Assembly (NCBI GenBank): GCA_002633005.1
Contig: NMRA01000042.1
Span: 1,055,038-1,119,037 of the forward strand
DNA length: 64,000 bases
From: Phoronis australis
Lineage: Eukaryota; Animalia; Phoronida
Direction of reading: 5' to 3'
The translations under genes and the position numbers were made by a program. Numbering within the stretch: position 1 is the first letter of the stretch; the number at the start of each line of letters is the position of its first letter. This document shows, piece after piece, positions 14,011 through 26,660 of this stretch. Under the pieces are notes generated by a model. That model had not been told where the DNA came from. It did no database searches and saw only the letters and a list, made by a program, of their open reading frames with translations.

Positions 14011-16998
14011 TAGTCGGTGGGCCAGAATCTGTAGGGCCTTTAGAAAATGGTTTTTGTGAGTACTTTAGGGGGAAATTTTATTTTGGTGTTTTTTAATTCA
14101 TTTATTAGAGTGTTTTCACAATCTAAAAAGTTCCCACATATCAAGTTGCACATTTTTGAGAAATTTGAGTTTGAAATTACCTAATAATATTTGTAAAAAC
14201 AACAGTTTTGGTGACTTTTTTGTAAAACAAGTAATATGGTCCCATCAGTGCCATTGTATTGAACAATATTACACTCACATTACATGTTTAACTATTGTAG
14301 ATTAATTGCAAACAGTGAAATTTAAAAAATGTTAAGAGACACCTAGTGGCAAAAATGCAAACTAAGTCTGGATGTTACTAGGAAGTTATTCTGGCATTGT
14401 CTGGCAACAAAAATAACACAAAACACTTGAGACGGGGCAAAATGTGTGCCTCAATGACTAAAACATTGACTAATGGTGTAAAATACAGCTTGTTTGCATA
14501 ATACACCAGAAATACATTATAGTACAAAAACAATATACTGGAATGATCTCTGTGAATGTGCAAACAGACTGTATGAAAATAATAGATTATTCTGACAGCG
14601 TTTATCAAGCAGTAAGAGACAAATACATGACAATGATCAAAGTATGTACTTTCTATGACTTAATCAACAAATAAAATTAACTTTTTAATACAAAAAAACG
14701 AAATAACGAGGTTGGAGGTCTATTTAGGGTTGACTTGTCAAAGAACCATCCAATGTTATGCACTCAGTGTTGCTGATGTTACTACAGTTGTCACAGCTGC
14801 ACATTTCTGTACAGTTTGACCCAGCATTGCAGCACAAACTCAGTTTCCCAGCACACATGTTCTTTTTGCACTTGCAGCGTTCATCGTTTAGTACTGTCAA
14901 TGAGATGCATGCATTGTCATACATTTTAATTGCAAAGCTCCACCGCCAAGGAGCCAACTATGGTCGATTAGAGAGGGTACAGCACTGCACACTGGTGATT
15001 GGCCCGCAGGCAATGAAGGGTTAAACACTAAGTCCTTGTTTGGAGGCGGGCAGGATTTGGTCAAACGTTTAATTCAAAATATGTTATAATGGGCTGTGTT
15101 AATTTAGAGTCAGCAAGTGAATTTTTGAACACTAGCCTCAATTCAATTTCGTATCTCTTAGTCGGGCACAAACTACAACAGTGAGTAGCTTCAACAATAT
15201 TTCTTAAGATTGCCTGTCCAAATAACTTCATGCACACCAGCTTTCTGATGAACAGCTTCAAAGTCTTGCTTTAGTTTTGAAAGGCAAATGACATCTCCAT
15301 GTGCTAGAAGCTTTGATTCAATGAACTCCAAACAGAACTGTAGAAAAACATCTCTGAAAACTGCATGTGGATTCGTCACTCTTCACAATCTTTGTCTTTC
15401 TATTTTTATAGCATGATGATCTGTGGTACTTGGCTTCTAAGACACAAGCTCTTTATCTGTGAATTTCATTTGCATATTCAGGGCTCTGGACTGAGCTGTT
15501 GCTTGCGATACAAGTCCAACTGAAAAAAAACCCGAACTGTTAACACTAACTTAACATTCAACCATGAATGAGTTGGCACGCCGTCTGATCTGTCGCCTAA
15601 AAATGTTGATCATCTAATAATTAGATTAGTTGATGCAACCGAAAATAAATCAGCTGATATACCAGTGCAGTGATTGAAATTTAATTTTTTTAAATCAGAT
15701 GCTCAAACCATAGTCAATCGATTTACACTTAAAGTAATCGACGTTTGACGAAATGGACAGTGACTTCCATCGTCCTCAAATTACGACGGCGACGATGGCC
15801 ACTTTAGCACTTTAATTTAATTATCATTGTAGCTACCTAAGTAATTAATGTTTACAAAAAATTGAGAAGAGGTTCCCCCTATCCCAGGACTACAGCAGGG
15901 GATGACGGCCACTTGGGCATGTTGTTTGCAACCATCTACTCCATTTAACCTTCTCAAAAATTTTTGACTTATAAGTGCTTTAAAATCACACCCACAGTAT
16001 AACGCCATATGATTATCCCTTAGCGCAAGCAGTGTCGATGTGGCAACTGAACAATGGAGTGTTCGAAAAATAGGATTGCAGGAGTATTTGTTTAAACTGG
16101 GAACAAATGAAAACATTAACGACCTCCTCAGAGGCATCTCTCTACGCGGTACTTCTAAATTTATAGGAACATAATTTGCCGAAAAGCATCCGGCATATGG
16201 AGTACCTATGGTATGATCACCGTCTCTACTGGGTCAGCGGTATTGTCTAAGGCTTAGGCAGCCAAGGGGCTGAACAAGTTAGAAAACAACTGGTGATAAT
16301 ACTGAAACACACCTGGAAAACACCAAGATGTACCTTTCAAAAACACGTACCTGTATTTGAAAGCTATACTTCTTGAAATATGGTCCATAATATACTTTTC
16401 CTGCTAACAAATGATGCACTCATGTATCAGAATGTTTCTATCTTTTTCAGGTTAATCGGGTGTTTCAGATATTGGTCGTATAATTGATTTTCTTGGGAAA
16501 TCTTGGATAACATCTGCATCACTTTCAGCAACTTCAGCTTTAGTACTACTGTTGGTGCCTTGAAACGTTGTTTTGCCGTTCTATGTCCTTTCAATTTTTT
16601 GGTCTGACACTTGGTCTTCTAGTCTACAACACTCAGCAGTATACTGTGTAGGCTATACCAGGACATGCAGCTGCAGCTCTTGCATCACAATTTTGTGTTG
16701 TTTGATAAACCTTGCATTACACAGGCATCACACTCCATGGGAGCAGCCATATTGAAGTAACTAAGCACGACAATACAATCTGGCTCTCTGATTGGTCAAT
16801 TCAATAGAAAAGCGCCACCAAGTGGCAGGAATGTGCATCATTTTTTGTGCAACAAAAACACTTTTTTTTAAAAATGTGCAAGTGTAGACGTGGGAACTTT
16901 TTGGAATTTGATTTATAGGTATATAGAGAAAACTAGATTGCCCCCTCCCCCCCAAAGTACTCACAAGGATGAACGCTATGTGATCTGGCCCACGACTA
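14011..16998 (-). mobile_element. Internally deleted Academ-type DNA transposon
   Basis: TAG...CTA termini with imperfect TIRs (TAGTCGGTGGGCCAGAATC / GATCTGGCCCACGACTA; shared TTGTGAGTACTTT and AAAAAGTTCCCAC blocks) and a 3-bp TSD TAA. Minus-strand remnants read LEAKYHRSSCY (~15440) and the C-terminal Cys-rich finger RCKCKKNMC...CTEMCSCDNCSN (~14780-14880), as in Academ transposases. Confidence 0.78.
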
Positions 16999-17239
16999 TA
17001 ATGTGTGTCACGGTTAAGTGAACACGTAGCTATCAGCATCACAACCCTCTGTTACAGCGCCACCCACACTGTATATTGATTAACACCATTCGACAGTGCT
17101 ACCAAGTTTTGTGGTACTGTGAAAGAGTGTACCAGCATCACTTGCCAACGATGTGTGTCAGAGCACGGTCACGTGAACACGTAGCTATCAGCACCACTTT
17201 TCTACGAATTGAATTTTACTTACACGCTTTGTGCACCTG

Positions 17240-17389
17240 GGCTGAGTTGCATAAAGCTTCAAAAGATATCCGCTGGATAAGTTTGATTGTTGCATGACGT
17301 CATGTGCATTGTTCAACAATAACAACGTGTCGCGTGATAATGCGACGTCATTGTTGCTATACGGCGTATAACTTTTATGCAACTGGGCC
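17240..17389. mobile_element. PIF/Harbinger-like MITE
   Basis: TIR GGCTGAGTTGCATAAA / TTTATGCAACTGGGCC, flanked by CTG/CAG (CWG-type target). Confidence 0.6.
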
Positions 17390-18227
17390 CAGTAGTTTTA
17401 TTAACAACAGGTTTTCAGGGAACCACTTTTGTATATTTTGGGTGTTGTCATGATCAAGCACTCATCGATACAGGAATTATGAACAACAATTGTTAGTTCA
17501 CTAAGCCAGGGTTTGTTTTGTTTATGTAGTTTGTAGTGTGGCCACCAGGTGCCTTCTTTACTTCCTGTAGAGTGACACATGTGCTCTTACATTTTCATTG
17601 AGGTATTGTCTTTGAAACATTGTTAGGGAGATGCATAGGCGGATTTAGGGGGGGCAGTAACTAGAATTTAGTCAGTGAGTTGCTTACTCTGTTTATTCTG
17701 ACTTAACTGCTAGTTTAGTTACTGTTTATAAGTTTTGCTGTTTAGCTAGAATGTTATCCTGTATGCAGAGTCAGTTTGGTAGATTTTGATATCTCGCTGA
17801 TTGTAGTTTTGTTGTTTTTTCAGTAAACGTATATATGACACAGAACCAAGGTGTTTTCTTTAATCCGGATTGCCCGGCCTGTGGTGTCGTCACAACAATG
17901 ATTAGGCCGGTCAAAATGGTGTAGTCTTCGAGATTTCGGGAAACAAAATCTTGCAGTTTTTAACATTTTTAAGGATGCGTTGAATGTAACATGTTATTTA
18001 TCATTGCTGTTATTTAACCGAGCGCGGAGAAACTCGGGCAAATTTGTGCTCGTTTGGGGTAGGCCAAAATCGCATGAAGTCCTGCGTCGATTGGCGAAAA
18101 AACAACCGTTGAAAGTTGGATTTTTTTCTATTTCCAACCAAAGGGAGTGCCACGGGGTCGAGGATGGATTGGAAAGAATCCGATTTTTAACGCTTAGTTT
18201 GTCGGCAATAGGCCTTTTAAAGATTGA

Positions 18228-18392
<165 letters not shown>

Positions 18393-19040
18393 ACGACCTC
18401 GGTCCTCAGAATTGACAGGTAACTAAAGGCTAGTTGTGAAGTGCGGGAATCCTTTTAGATTCGTGACAACACAAAAAGCATGAATTCCCTGTCAACAACA
18501 TCATGTTCTCGCCGTATGAATGTAAGTTTCCAAACAGTGGCTAGCAGTTGCTGCTTTTTGCTTCCGCAGGTCTATCGGAAATTGGGAAAGTGTATTCTTG
18601 TGAAAGTGCTGGTGGATGACGACGACTTTCAACCGCTGTGCCCCTTAGTGGCAATTTTTTTTAGATTTTCCTATGTATCTTCAAAGTCCTCTCACAGATA
18701 TTCATGAAAGTTTGCAAATACATTTCTATTGTCGATTTTGAGTCTATCACTCTACCGTCAAACTGCTCAAAGGATCATTGTGAAAATTGGCCTATGGGTT
18801 CCCACTGAAAAGAGCCCTACTGACGATATTTTTAACGGTCTGGGGACTGTGGCTCAATTCTTTTGTGGATCTTCATAAAATTTGGTAGGTTTTCCTGTTG
18901 ATGTTGGTTTGCGTTGCATTCGTCTCAACATCTGCCAAGCTTATTGACGGATGTTCACAAATAAGTTGCGTCATGAAGACAACAGCACCTGCAGCACTCT
19001 CTTCCCCAAGCCTAAAGGTAGCGCTGATCGATTTAGCCAT

Positions 19041-21357
19041 CTCGCTGGTTCCCTGCGAGTAGAGATGAACTGCAGGTACGCGCTTTAAGACTGGTTGATG
19101 TAACCTCGGCAGTCATTGGTTACAACAAAGTGAGAAAATTTCGGACTATGAACGATTTTTATGTGCCCACATATTTATATGGTGACGCTTTATGCCGCAA
19201 TCTCCGTTCCTCCGGGCGGCGTCCTTCCGGCGTCCGGCGTCCGCTGCTCTAACTCCAAAACCGTATGTTCATGAAAATTTGCACATGTATTCCTTTCATG
19301 GATGGGACTGCATGAGCGAACTTTCGAACAGATCCAACTACCGGTGCGCCCACCAGTGGCAATTTTAGTTTTTTATGCTTACCTCTATATCTTCAAAGGT
19401 CTTTAGCGTATTTCCATAATATTTGGCATGTAGGCATCTGTTAGTGAGATGATGCTATCCTTCCGTTTTCCGATAGATTCGACGTAATTTGCGCCACCTA
19501 GTGGCCATTTTTACTGTTTTCGATTCTGTTCTAAGGCGTCCACCCCTCTATCAACCAAACCGTTCTAAGGATGATTGTGGAAATTGGCATGTATGTTCTT
19601 ACTATGAAAAAGACGGCTGACGATGATTTTCCGACGATATCGACGACTGTGGCGCCTCCTAGTGGCAGCTTTGTTTTTTTGTGCCTATGACTGTATCTCC
19701 TAAACAGTCTGCAGGATCTTTGCTAAAATTAGTAAGTGCATTTATATGATGTTGATAAGGAGGACGACGACTGTCGGACGGATTTGACTACTGGTGTGCC
19801 TCCTGGTAACCTCTGTATCTTCAAAGGTCCTCAACGTAATTTCAAAAAATTTAGCGTACAGGTTTCTGTTAGTGTGGTGACGCTATCTTTCCGTTTTCAG
19901 ATGGATTCCAGTGTCCATTTTTACGGTTTTCGAGTCTGTTTTTGGCGTCCAACACTCTTTCAATGAAATCGCTTTCAGGATAGATCTGAAAATTGGCATG
20001 TATGTTTTTACCATAAAGTGGACGGCTGACGATGATTATCCGATGACTTCAGCTACTGTGGCGCCTCCTAGTGGCAGTGTTGTTTTTTTTGCGCCCATGG
20101 CTGTATCTTTTAAACGGTTTGCAGGATCTTTACTAAATTTATCAACGAGTGTATTTATATGATGTTAACAAAGACCAACGACGACTTTCGGGCGGATCTG
20201 ACTACTGATGTGCCTCCTGGTGGCAATTTTAGATTTTACGTTTACCACTGTATCTTCAAGGGTCCACAACGGATTTACGGATTTTCCTAAAATTTTGAAT
20301 ACAGGCATCTATTGGTGAGATGACGCTATCCTCCCGTTTTTGGATGGAATTGATTATTTTTCGCCACCTAGTGGCCATTTTTGCTGTTTTCGAGTCTGTT
20401 TTTGGGCGTCTACTCCGCTATCAACCAAATCATTCTAAGGATGGTTTTGAAAATTGGCGTTTATGTTCTCTGTGTGAAGTGGTTGGTTGACGATGACGAC
20501 TTTGACTACTGTGGCGTCTCCAATGATAGTTTTCGTTTTGCGCCCATAGGTGTATCTCCTAAGCCCACTGCTGGATCTTTATTATATTTAGTAAGTGTAT
20601 TTATATGAATCTATCAACAGACAATGACGACTTTCAGGCGGATCCAATTAACACTGTGCCCCCTAGTGGCAATTTCATTTTATTCTGTTTTCCTTTGTTT
20701 CTCTGAAGTTCCGTGACAGATTTCTATGAAATTTGGTGAATAGCTTTCTATTAAAGAAGCTATGACATGTTCCCATTTTCGGATGGATTGTACGTTTTTG
20801 CGCCATCTAATGGCCAAATAAACAACCCTCAAAGCACACCGTTTGCGATGCATTCGTGAGTGCATTTCAACGCTCCGCGTTGCTCTTGTTAGCCTTGTCA
20901 TGCAAGTGGCGTAGCAGCAACTATTTCGTTTTTGCAGTAATGTTTAATAGCCGCGTGCTTGAAGCACATATACGTACATGTACATGTATGTATACAATAA
21001 ACACATAGCTGACGATTTAACTGGTGTGTTATTCATACTGCATGAATACAGGACATACATGTAAACGTAAACAAAAGTCAGCGACGGTAGAAAGATGCAC
21101 TCCGAAAAGAGCGCAACCACAATTTTCTGGGATTCAAATTTCTTGAACATGAATTTTAAGCACCGGTTTGTCCTACAACGGGCCACAATTACACTAAGTC
21201 TTCCTTCGTCAGTCATGCCAGTTTGTTTGCGTAAAGCGCTACCTGTTGAGAAATCGACCAACCAATCAGAAACGCCGGTGTAAAAAAATTTCCCGAGGAA
21301 AATTAAGTGATACCTGCGTGCTGGCTACCACCTAGCGGCAAGCTGGGAACCAGTGAG
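19041..21357. mobile_element. MITE family A split by a Helentron-type insertion
   Basis: Both TIRs are present, with a perfect 9-bp TSD TTTAGCCAT (19032-19040, 21358-21366). The halves rejoin as GAACGATTTTT|AGCCTTGTCA, exactly as in the intact copy at ~13450. Confidence 0.88.
19159..20890 (+). mobile_element. Helentron-associated interspersed element (HINE/DINE-1-like) with internal tandem array
   Basis: Inserted in a T-run without TSD. It has a 5' TTTATGTGCCCAC, a (CGTCCGG)n-like microsatellite at ~19220-19245, about four ~430-bp internal units, and a 3' hairpin CAACGC-TCC-GCGTTG followed by CTCTTGTT. Confidence 0.75.
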
Positions 21358-22287
21358 TTTAGCCATTTGAGGCTTGGTTATGGGAAATAAAATGTGTCAG
21401 AATTCTGACGCATTTTACGGCAATCGCCGAAATATCACAAATAGTATAATTTTCAAGTTGTCTGCAGTTTGATATAGAAATGAAAACTCACGGTATACTG
21501 CAGCAAGTTGGGTCTAAATTATTGCAAAAACGAAAACAGATTGATTCTATTATACTATTAATAAAAAAGAATTGAAAATAAGTATTTGAACAGCCTCTGT
21601 TTCAAACAATAGCCAAAACAATGACTTCTGCTTCATGAATGGCAGTAACAACGCATGTGGTCAAGGCAGCGGCCAGTCATTGCGTAGAAGGTAATTACCA
21701 GAACCAAGCATCAAATGGCAAAACCGATCAACGCCATGTTGAGGTTTGGGGACGAGGCTGCACCAGCAGCATCTCCGACGGATCATAGCCAACGCTGCGC
21801 TGCCTAGTGGCATTTTTTATTATTTCTACGTTTTTTTCTTTATTGTACGTTCCCCTATCCGTCAAACCGCTTAAGGAATCATAGTGAGGGGTAGCGGGTG
21901 TGTTCCTGTTGAGGAGATAATTGTTAATGTTTTATGTTCCCTAGAGGCGGCTATGTTTAGGTTATTTGTAGTGTTCCCTCCACTGGGTATGATCTTCCCT
22001 TGTATGTGTTGTACAGATGCACACGTTGGGCGCCTATCAACGCACTATATTGCTCTTGCTAGAAGTTAAAAAGGCTTCAGAACCCGCCATTAAAATTTAA
22101 CGGTCTCTGTAACTACTTTTAATGCGTCTACACACACATTTACTTATGTTCCTACCGAAGAGAACAAAGTTGATGCTGTTTTGGAAAGAGTCGGAATTTT
22201 GTGAATAGTAAGGTTTTTTGAAGCATGCCTAAATATCTACCTAGTTCCTCAATCGTTACGAAATGAGCTTCTGTGAAAGAGACGACG

Positions 22288-22530
22288 CATGCTCGCACCC
22301 AGCCTAAAAAGTGGGGGCTAGAATTTTTGAGAATGTGGACCCTTTACTACAAAAATAAAAACGATTCACGGGGTACGACCAGAGCTATGAGTTGTGCATT
22401 AGCCGTCCTGCCTTTTTAGTGGGCTTTTGTCTCGTTTTCTACGTTTGTCGGAGTTTTTGTTTCTCTGAGGCGGACCTTTTTGCCCACTTCGCCAAATAGG
22501 CTGGAACGAGTCACCCTAGTTGCGCACATG
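22288..22530. mobile_element. MITE with CATG termini and 5-bp TSD
   Basis: CATGCTCGCACCC...TTGCGCACATG with TSD CGACG on both sides. Confidence 0.75.
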
Positions 22531-23071
22531 CGACGCCACCGGCTCAATTTTAGATGGATTTGACTTACTAGTGGTCATTTAATTACTTTCCTGTTTTGGC
22601 TTCAGCCACCATATATTTGCCAAAAAGCGTGACAAATCATTCTGAAAGTTAGTTTACTTTCCCTTGCTGAGGACAGTACGGCTGACATTATTCTTTAACA
22701 GATCCATAGTGGCGTCCCGTGGTGGCAATTTCAGCTTTCATTGACTCCGTCATAATATCTTTGATCATGGATCTTCATAAAGAGATAGCACAGCTGAAGA
22801 TAATTTTTAGACAGATCTGACTACTGTGGTGCTCCCTGGTGGAAATTTGCGTTTTCTTCGCCACTGCCTCAATAACTATTAAGTCTTCTGATAGTTCTTC
22901 ATGAAATTTGGAGTATGCATTCTATTTAGGAAAGCATGGCTGTTTTGATTTTTGGATTGATGGGACTATTGTGACTCCCCAAAGTGGCAATTTGCCATTG
23001 CGTCTGTCATAATATCTACGGAATTCTTCGATGAGCCATCATGAAATTTGAACTACTTGTTCTTAAAGTCT

Positions 23072-23730
23072 GGTCTCACACGTCGTTAACCCTTATTACA
23101 TGGTTAGAGGATGTTATAATGGTCCAAGAAGCACTTACTCGATAACTAATACACGATCCGTATTCGAAAAAAGTTTAAATGAACGCGCCACTCACGATTC
23201 GCACCCGAAGAATCACCGTCATTTTGAACTTACCGCGAACCCGGAAGTAGAATTCATTCAGGAACCCAGGCCAAGAAAACGCCATCAGTGTGAATGGACG
23301 AGTGCCTGTTACCAGCTTGCAAATGGGGATATCCTAATCGACAGCGCGCCTTAATTTTAATACAGACAATTTTATCGAATTTGCTGCAGAAATGTGGAGA
23401 ATAAATTTTGACAGAAATTATTTTGCCGTACTCGGGACCGCAGCCTATCGGACCCGGTGCGGATCGAGACCAGACACTGGCGAACGGTAAAGGCATGTGG
23501 TTGCAAGCTGTTTTGTCGATGTAAAATGTTCAAATCATAAATGCGTATACATTCAAAGGTAGTTTCAGACACTTGCATAAAATTACGGGCTGGTTAGTTC
23601 GGTGTTACACTACCGCGGCAACCTTTAGCTAGCCTCAGCTACCAGTATGAAGACTAACTACATCTTGTTAGTAGGCCTATACAGCTTTGCGTCAAGGCTA
23701 CCCTTAGGCCTACCTGGTCGCTGGCCACAG
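23072..23730 (+). repeat. Interspersed repeat (possibly Crypton-type non-autonomous), copy 1
   Basis: Highly similar, in reverse orientation, to 55004-55841. It begins near TTATTACATGG. Confidence 0.8.
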
Positions 23731-23936
23731 CGCTCGCTCAAACAAGGTTTATTTAGAACTTGGGTACTTCTGGCGAACTGTGCAAAGTTGTTGGCTTTCA
23801 ACAGAGATTTTCCCAGACTTTGTATGAGCGCACCAAGCCTAAAAAAATGGGGGTTGGAATTTTTGGGAATGCCTGAATTTTATTTTTAAATGCACTAAGA
23901 ATAAATTTAAGTTAGGTATTAATCCAAGGCGTGATA

Positions 23937-24086
23937 CCGTCTAAACCACTGTGCCGACTAAATCACTGTACCGTCTAAACTACTCTACCGACTAAACCAC
24001 TGTACCGACTAAACCGCTGTTACCGTCTAAACCACTGTGCCGACTAAACCACTGTACCGTCTAAACCAGTGTGCCGACTAAACACA
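23937..24086. repeat. 17-bp tandem repeat (CCG(A/T)CTAAACCACTGT(A/G)), ~9 copies
   Basis: Directly visible tandem units. Confidence 0.9.
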
Positions 24087-26660
24087 GTCTTTCTGTTATA
24101 CTTTTTGGTCAGTGGGTTAAAAACGAATTTCTCGTCATTAACCAATTGACTCACACCCTTTACATAGCCAGTGTATGAAATGACTGCTAAATCGCGATGT
24201 TTCATTTCTTTCAGATGATACCAAGAAAACAAGTCCGATGTGTGTATTGCAACAGAATCATGGAATGACGTTTTTGAAATTATTTACGACGAAAGACAAG
24301 TGGAACATCTAAAATTTACTAGAAACGAGGAAAGACTTAAAACTTGTATTCACTAGACGAAAACATTTTATAACTTCTCGCAATGGTAATGGGAACTTAT
24401 TATGTAATAGGTCTGGAATTAGGGACAACGTTGCGCTGGACATATGCAAAGATTAATGCGTGCATATTTCTGACTACGACTACGGAATTTGCTCGATGTT
24501 AATGACACTTGTTTGCCATGGATATGTTACTTCTTAAGGCCTAAAGAGCCTTTACGTTATTTGACGAGTTTTTTTTCAGTTTTCTTCGGTGTATTTCGTT
24601 TTATCTTTGATTAAAATGGTGATTGAATACTAAATTTTCCTTACTTTTCACAGTGTGGTTTTTAAATCTTTTACTCTGGTAGTCTGTATTCACCGTTCAC
24701 CAACGAAGGTTGGAAGAATGTCATGCACGTAAAATGCGTCCCTAAATCAACTAAGGACGTAATTCTTGAATAAGAATACAGTATCGACTCAACAAATTAC
24801 CTGAAATCCTCCTCAAGTTTTTCAAATAGCGTCTCGAAGATTTTTAAGTTCCTGTGGAGTCTGGATTAACTGCTGATTAAGTCCAAGTCTGCGCTAGATT
24901 GTAACCCGCAACACGAGAAAAATCTCTGGAGGAACCCCATTTATGTTGTTGTCACGTGACGTTTGTTTTGAAGTTTGTATGCGTGCACGGCAGAGTAAGC
25001 GGGCGTGTGCTTGTCATCAGAGTTCATTTGCGAGAGTAAATGCTATGTAATAATCTAGGTATGCATTGTAACCAAAGAAATTAACTCAAGCAGTCAAGCA
25101 GAGCATGCTTTAATATTTAGCCCTTGCTGGCCTCATCTGCTAAAAAACGTTCGAGAATTGATTCGGTAAGACCGATATGTCACTCATTGAGTCGCCTGGT
25201 GAGTGGATGCGTGACCGTAGTGTGACAGCTATTTTTCGGAAGATTTGGGGTGTAAGGGTGCGAATGTGTTCGCTATCAGTGGGTCATTTGGACTTTAAAA
25301 ACACCAGTTATGATTAGTCAAATAATTTCTCTTAAAAATAATGCAAAAGTTTTTTACGGTATTAGAAACTTTCGGAAATTAGTGGCAATATTTATTTCTT
25401 GCCGATGCTTTGTTACCCGTTTCATGAATAGATAGCTCCCGACTAAATGTCTTACAGCCAGTAAAGTATGCAGCGTGCGCTTCTTGGCCTCGTGCTAACA
25501 CTGGTCGAGTGTTTTTTATTAGTCTTCGGTTCACGGTTTTCACGTGTACAAAGAAGTTTGGATTCCTGTTGAGGCCGGAGAAGATCTGTACAGGAAAAAT
25601 ACAATGCAATCCCTCTGATAAGTATGCTGCGTCCAGACTATGGGGCACATCCCTCGCAAGAGCAGCAAAACTTTTGCCGGTTCTTTTTGAATCGCGGCGT
25701 AAGTTTGAAGTGTATACGGACATAACGGTGAGGCTCGCGGTCTACCAATTCAGGACTGTCGGATCTTTAAATTGGAGACGTTAGAACTGTAGGTAAAGCA
25801 TTTTTTGCATGTAGTTCATGGGCTGGGCGCTTACTTTAGCGAAGTCTGAAAACGCGTGGGGACACTTATTGAGGCGTGGGCGCTTATTAGGGTGAATAAC
25901 GGCAGAATTACATACAGCAGCGTAGTTTAATGCACACAAACCACACGTCGTGCAAACCAATCGGCCATTCCACAAACGTTAATCAATCCCAATAGCCTTT
26001 GCGCACCCTAATTTCCGGACATGCGCAATCGTTAAATCGACTCGGTTGCAACTACGCTATTGTCTATTCCACGTTATACCTAGGAATAATAATTACATTA
26101 ATATTCAGGCGTTTTTTCAAAAAATAAAACGCATGTAAGGGGTGCTGAGGTGTCTCAATGAAATTGCTTCAGTGATACGCTACTTTTTTTAACTATCTAG
26201 TATAACCAGGAAGAGATAACCACTTCCTAGTATTACTTGTCCTAGTACCTAATTCATCTTAGCGTGCCTGGCAAACTGGTAATTTGTACAGTTTGAAACG
26301 ACATGGTCTCACAGTCCAAAATGTTGTGTTATATACTCTGCTGTAAAACAACTTGACACTCTGCGGAAGTAGAGTTTTAAAAAGGCGTTTGCATTCTTAA
26401 TTTTTACCAACATTAAATTTTACGCCACTCAATGTAACCCTTTTATGCGACCACGATGTGGGAAATCGCCTTTTTTACTGTCAGTAACAAGCACACTTCC
26501 ATATTAATGGCCATCCAGAACGAGAAGGACAAGAAAATTGTTCACACAGAAACAACACATTGAAATACTGTAACTATTTCAAACAATAAAGTTTTGATTT
26601 ATTTCAAAATATTCTTATTTCAAAATATCACCATCACGCAGTAAAATCAAATCGTGACAG

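Larger units (their letters stand above)
18995..21760. mobile_element. Non-autonomous DNA transposon with 9-bp TSD (AcademH/MULE-like)
   Basis: Termini CACTCTCTTCCCCAAGCCT / AGGTTTGGGGACGAGGCTG. Flanks are CACCTGCAG (18986-18994) and CACCAGCAG (21761-21769). Confidence 0.6.
18560..23060 (+). repeat. Older Helentron-type (HINE-like) repeat region interrupted by nested insertions
   Basis: Degenerate subunits similar to 19159-20890 (GCC.C.TAGTGGCAATTTT, ATGAAATTTG) occur at 18570-18985, 21770-22063 and 22550-23060. A HINE-like 3' end (CAACGC..TTGCTCTTG) lies near 22040-22060. Confidence 0.55.

Noticed and set aside
19736-21283. Several 60-105 aa ORFs
   Set aside because: They are chance frames inside HINE and MITE sequence.
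23100-23578. ORFs duplicated at 55342-55815 that look like conserved small proteins
   Set aside because: The similarity comes from a non-coding repeat. Stops and frames differ between the copies and there are no domain motifs.
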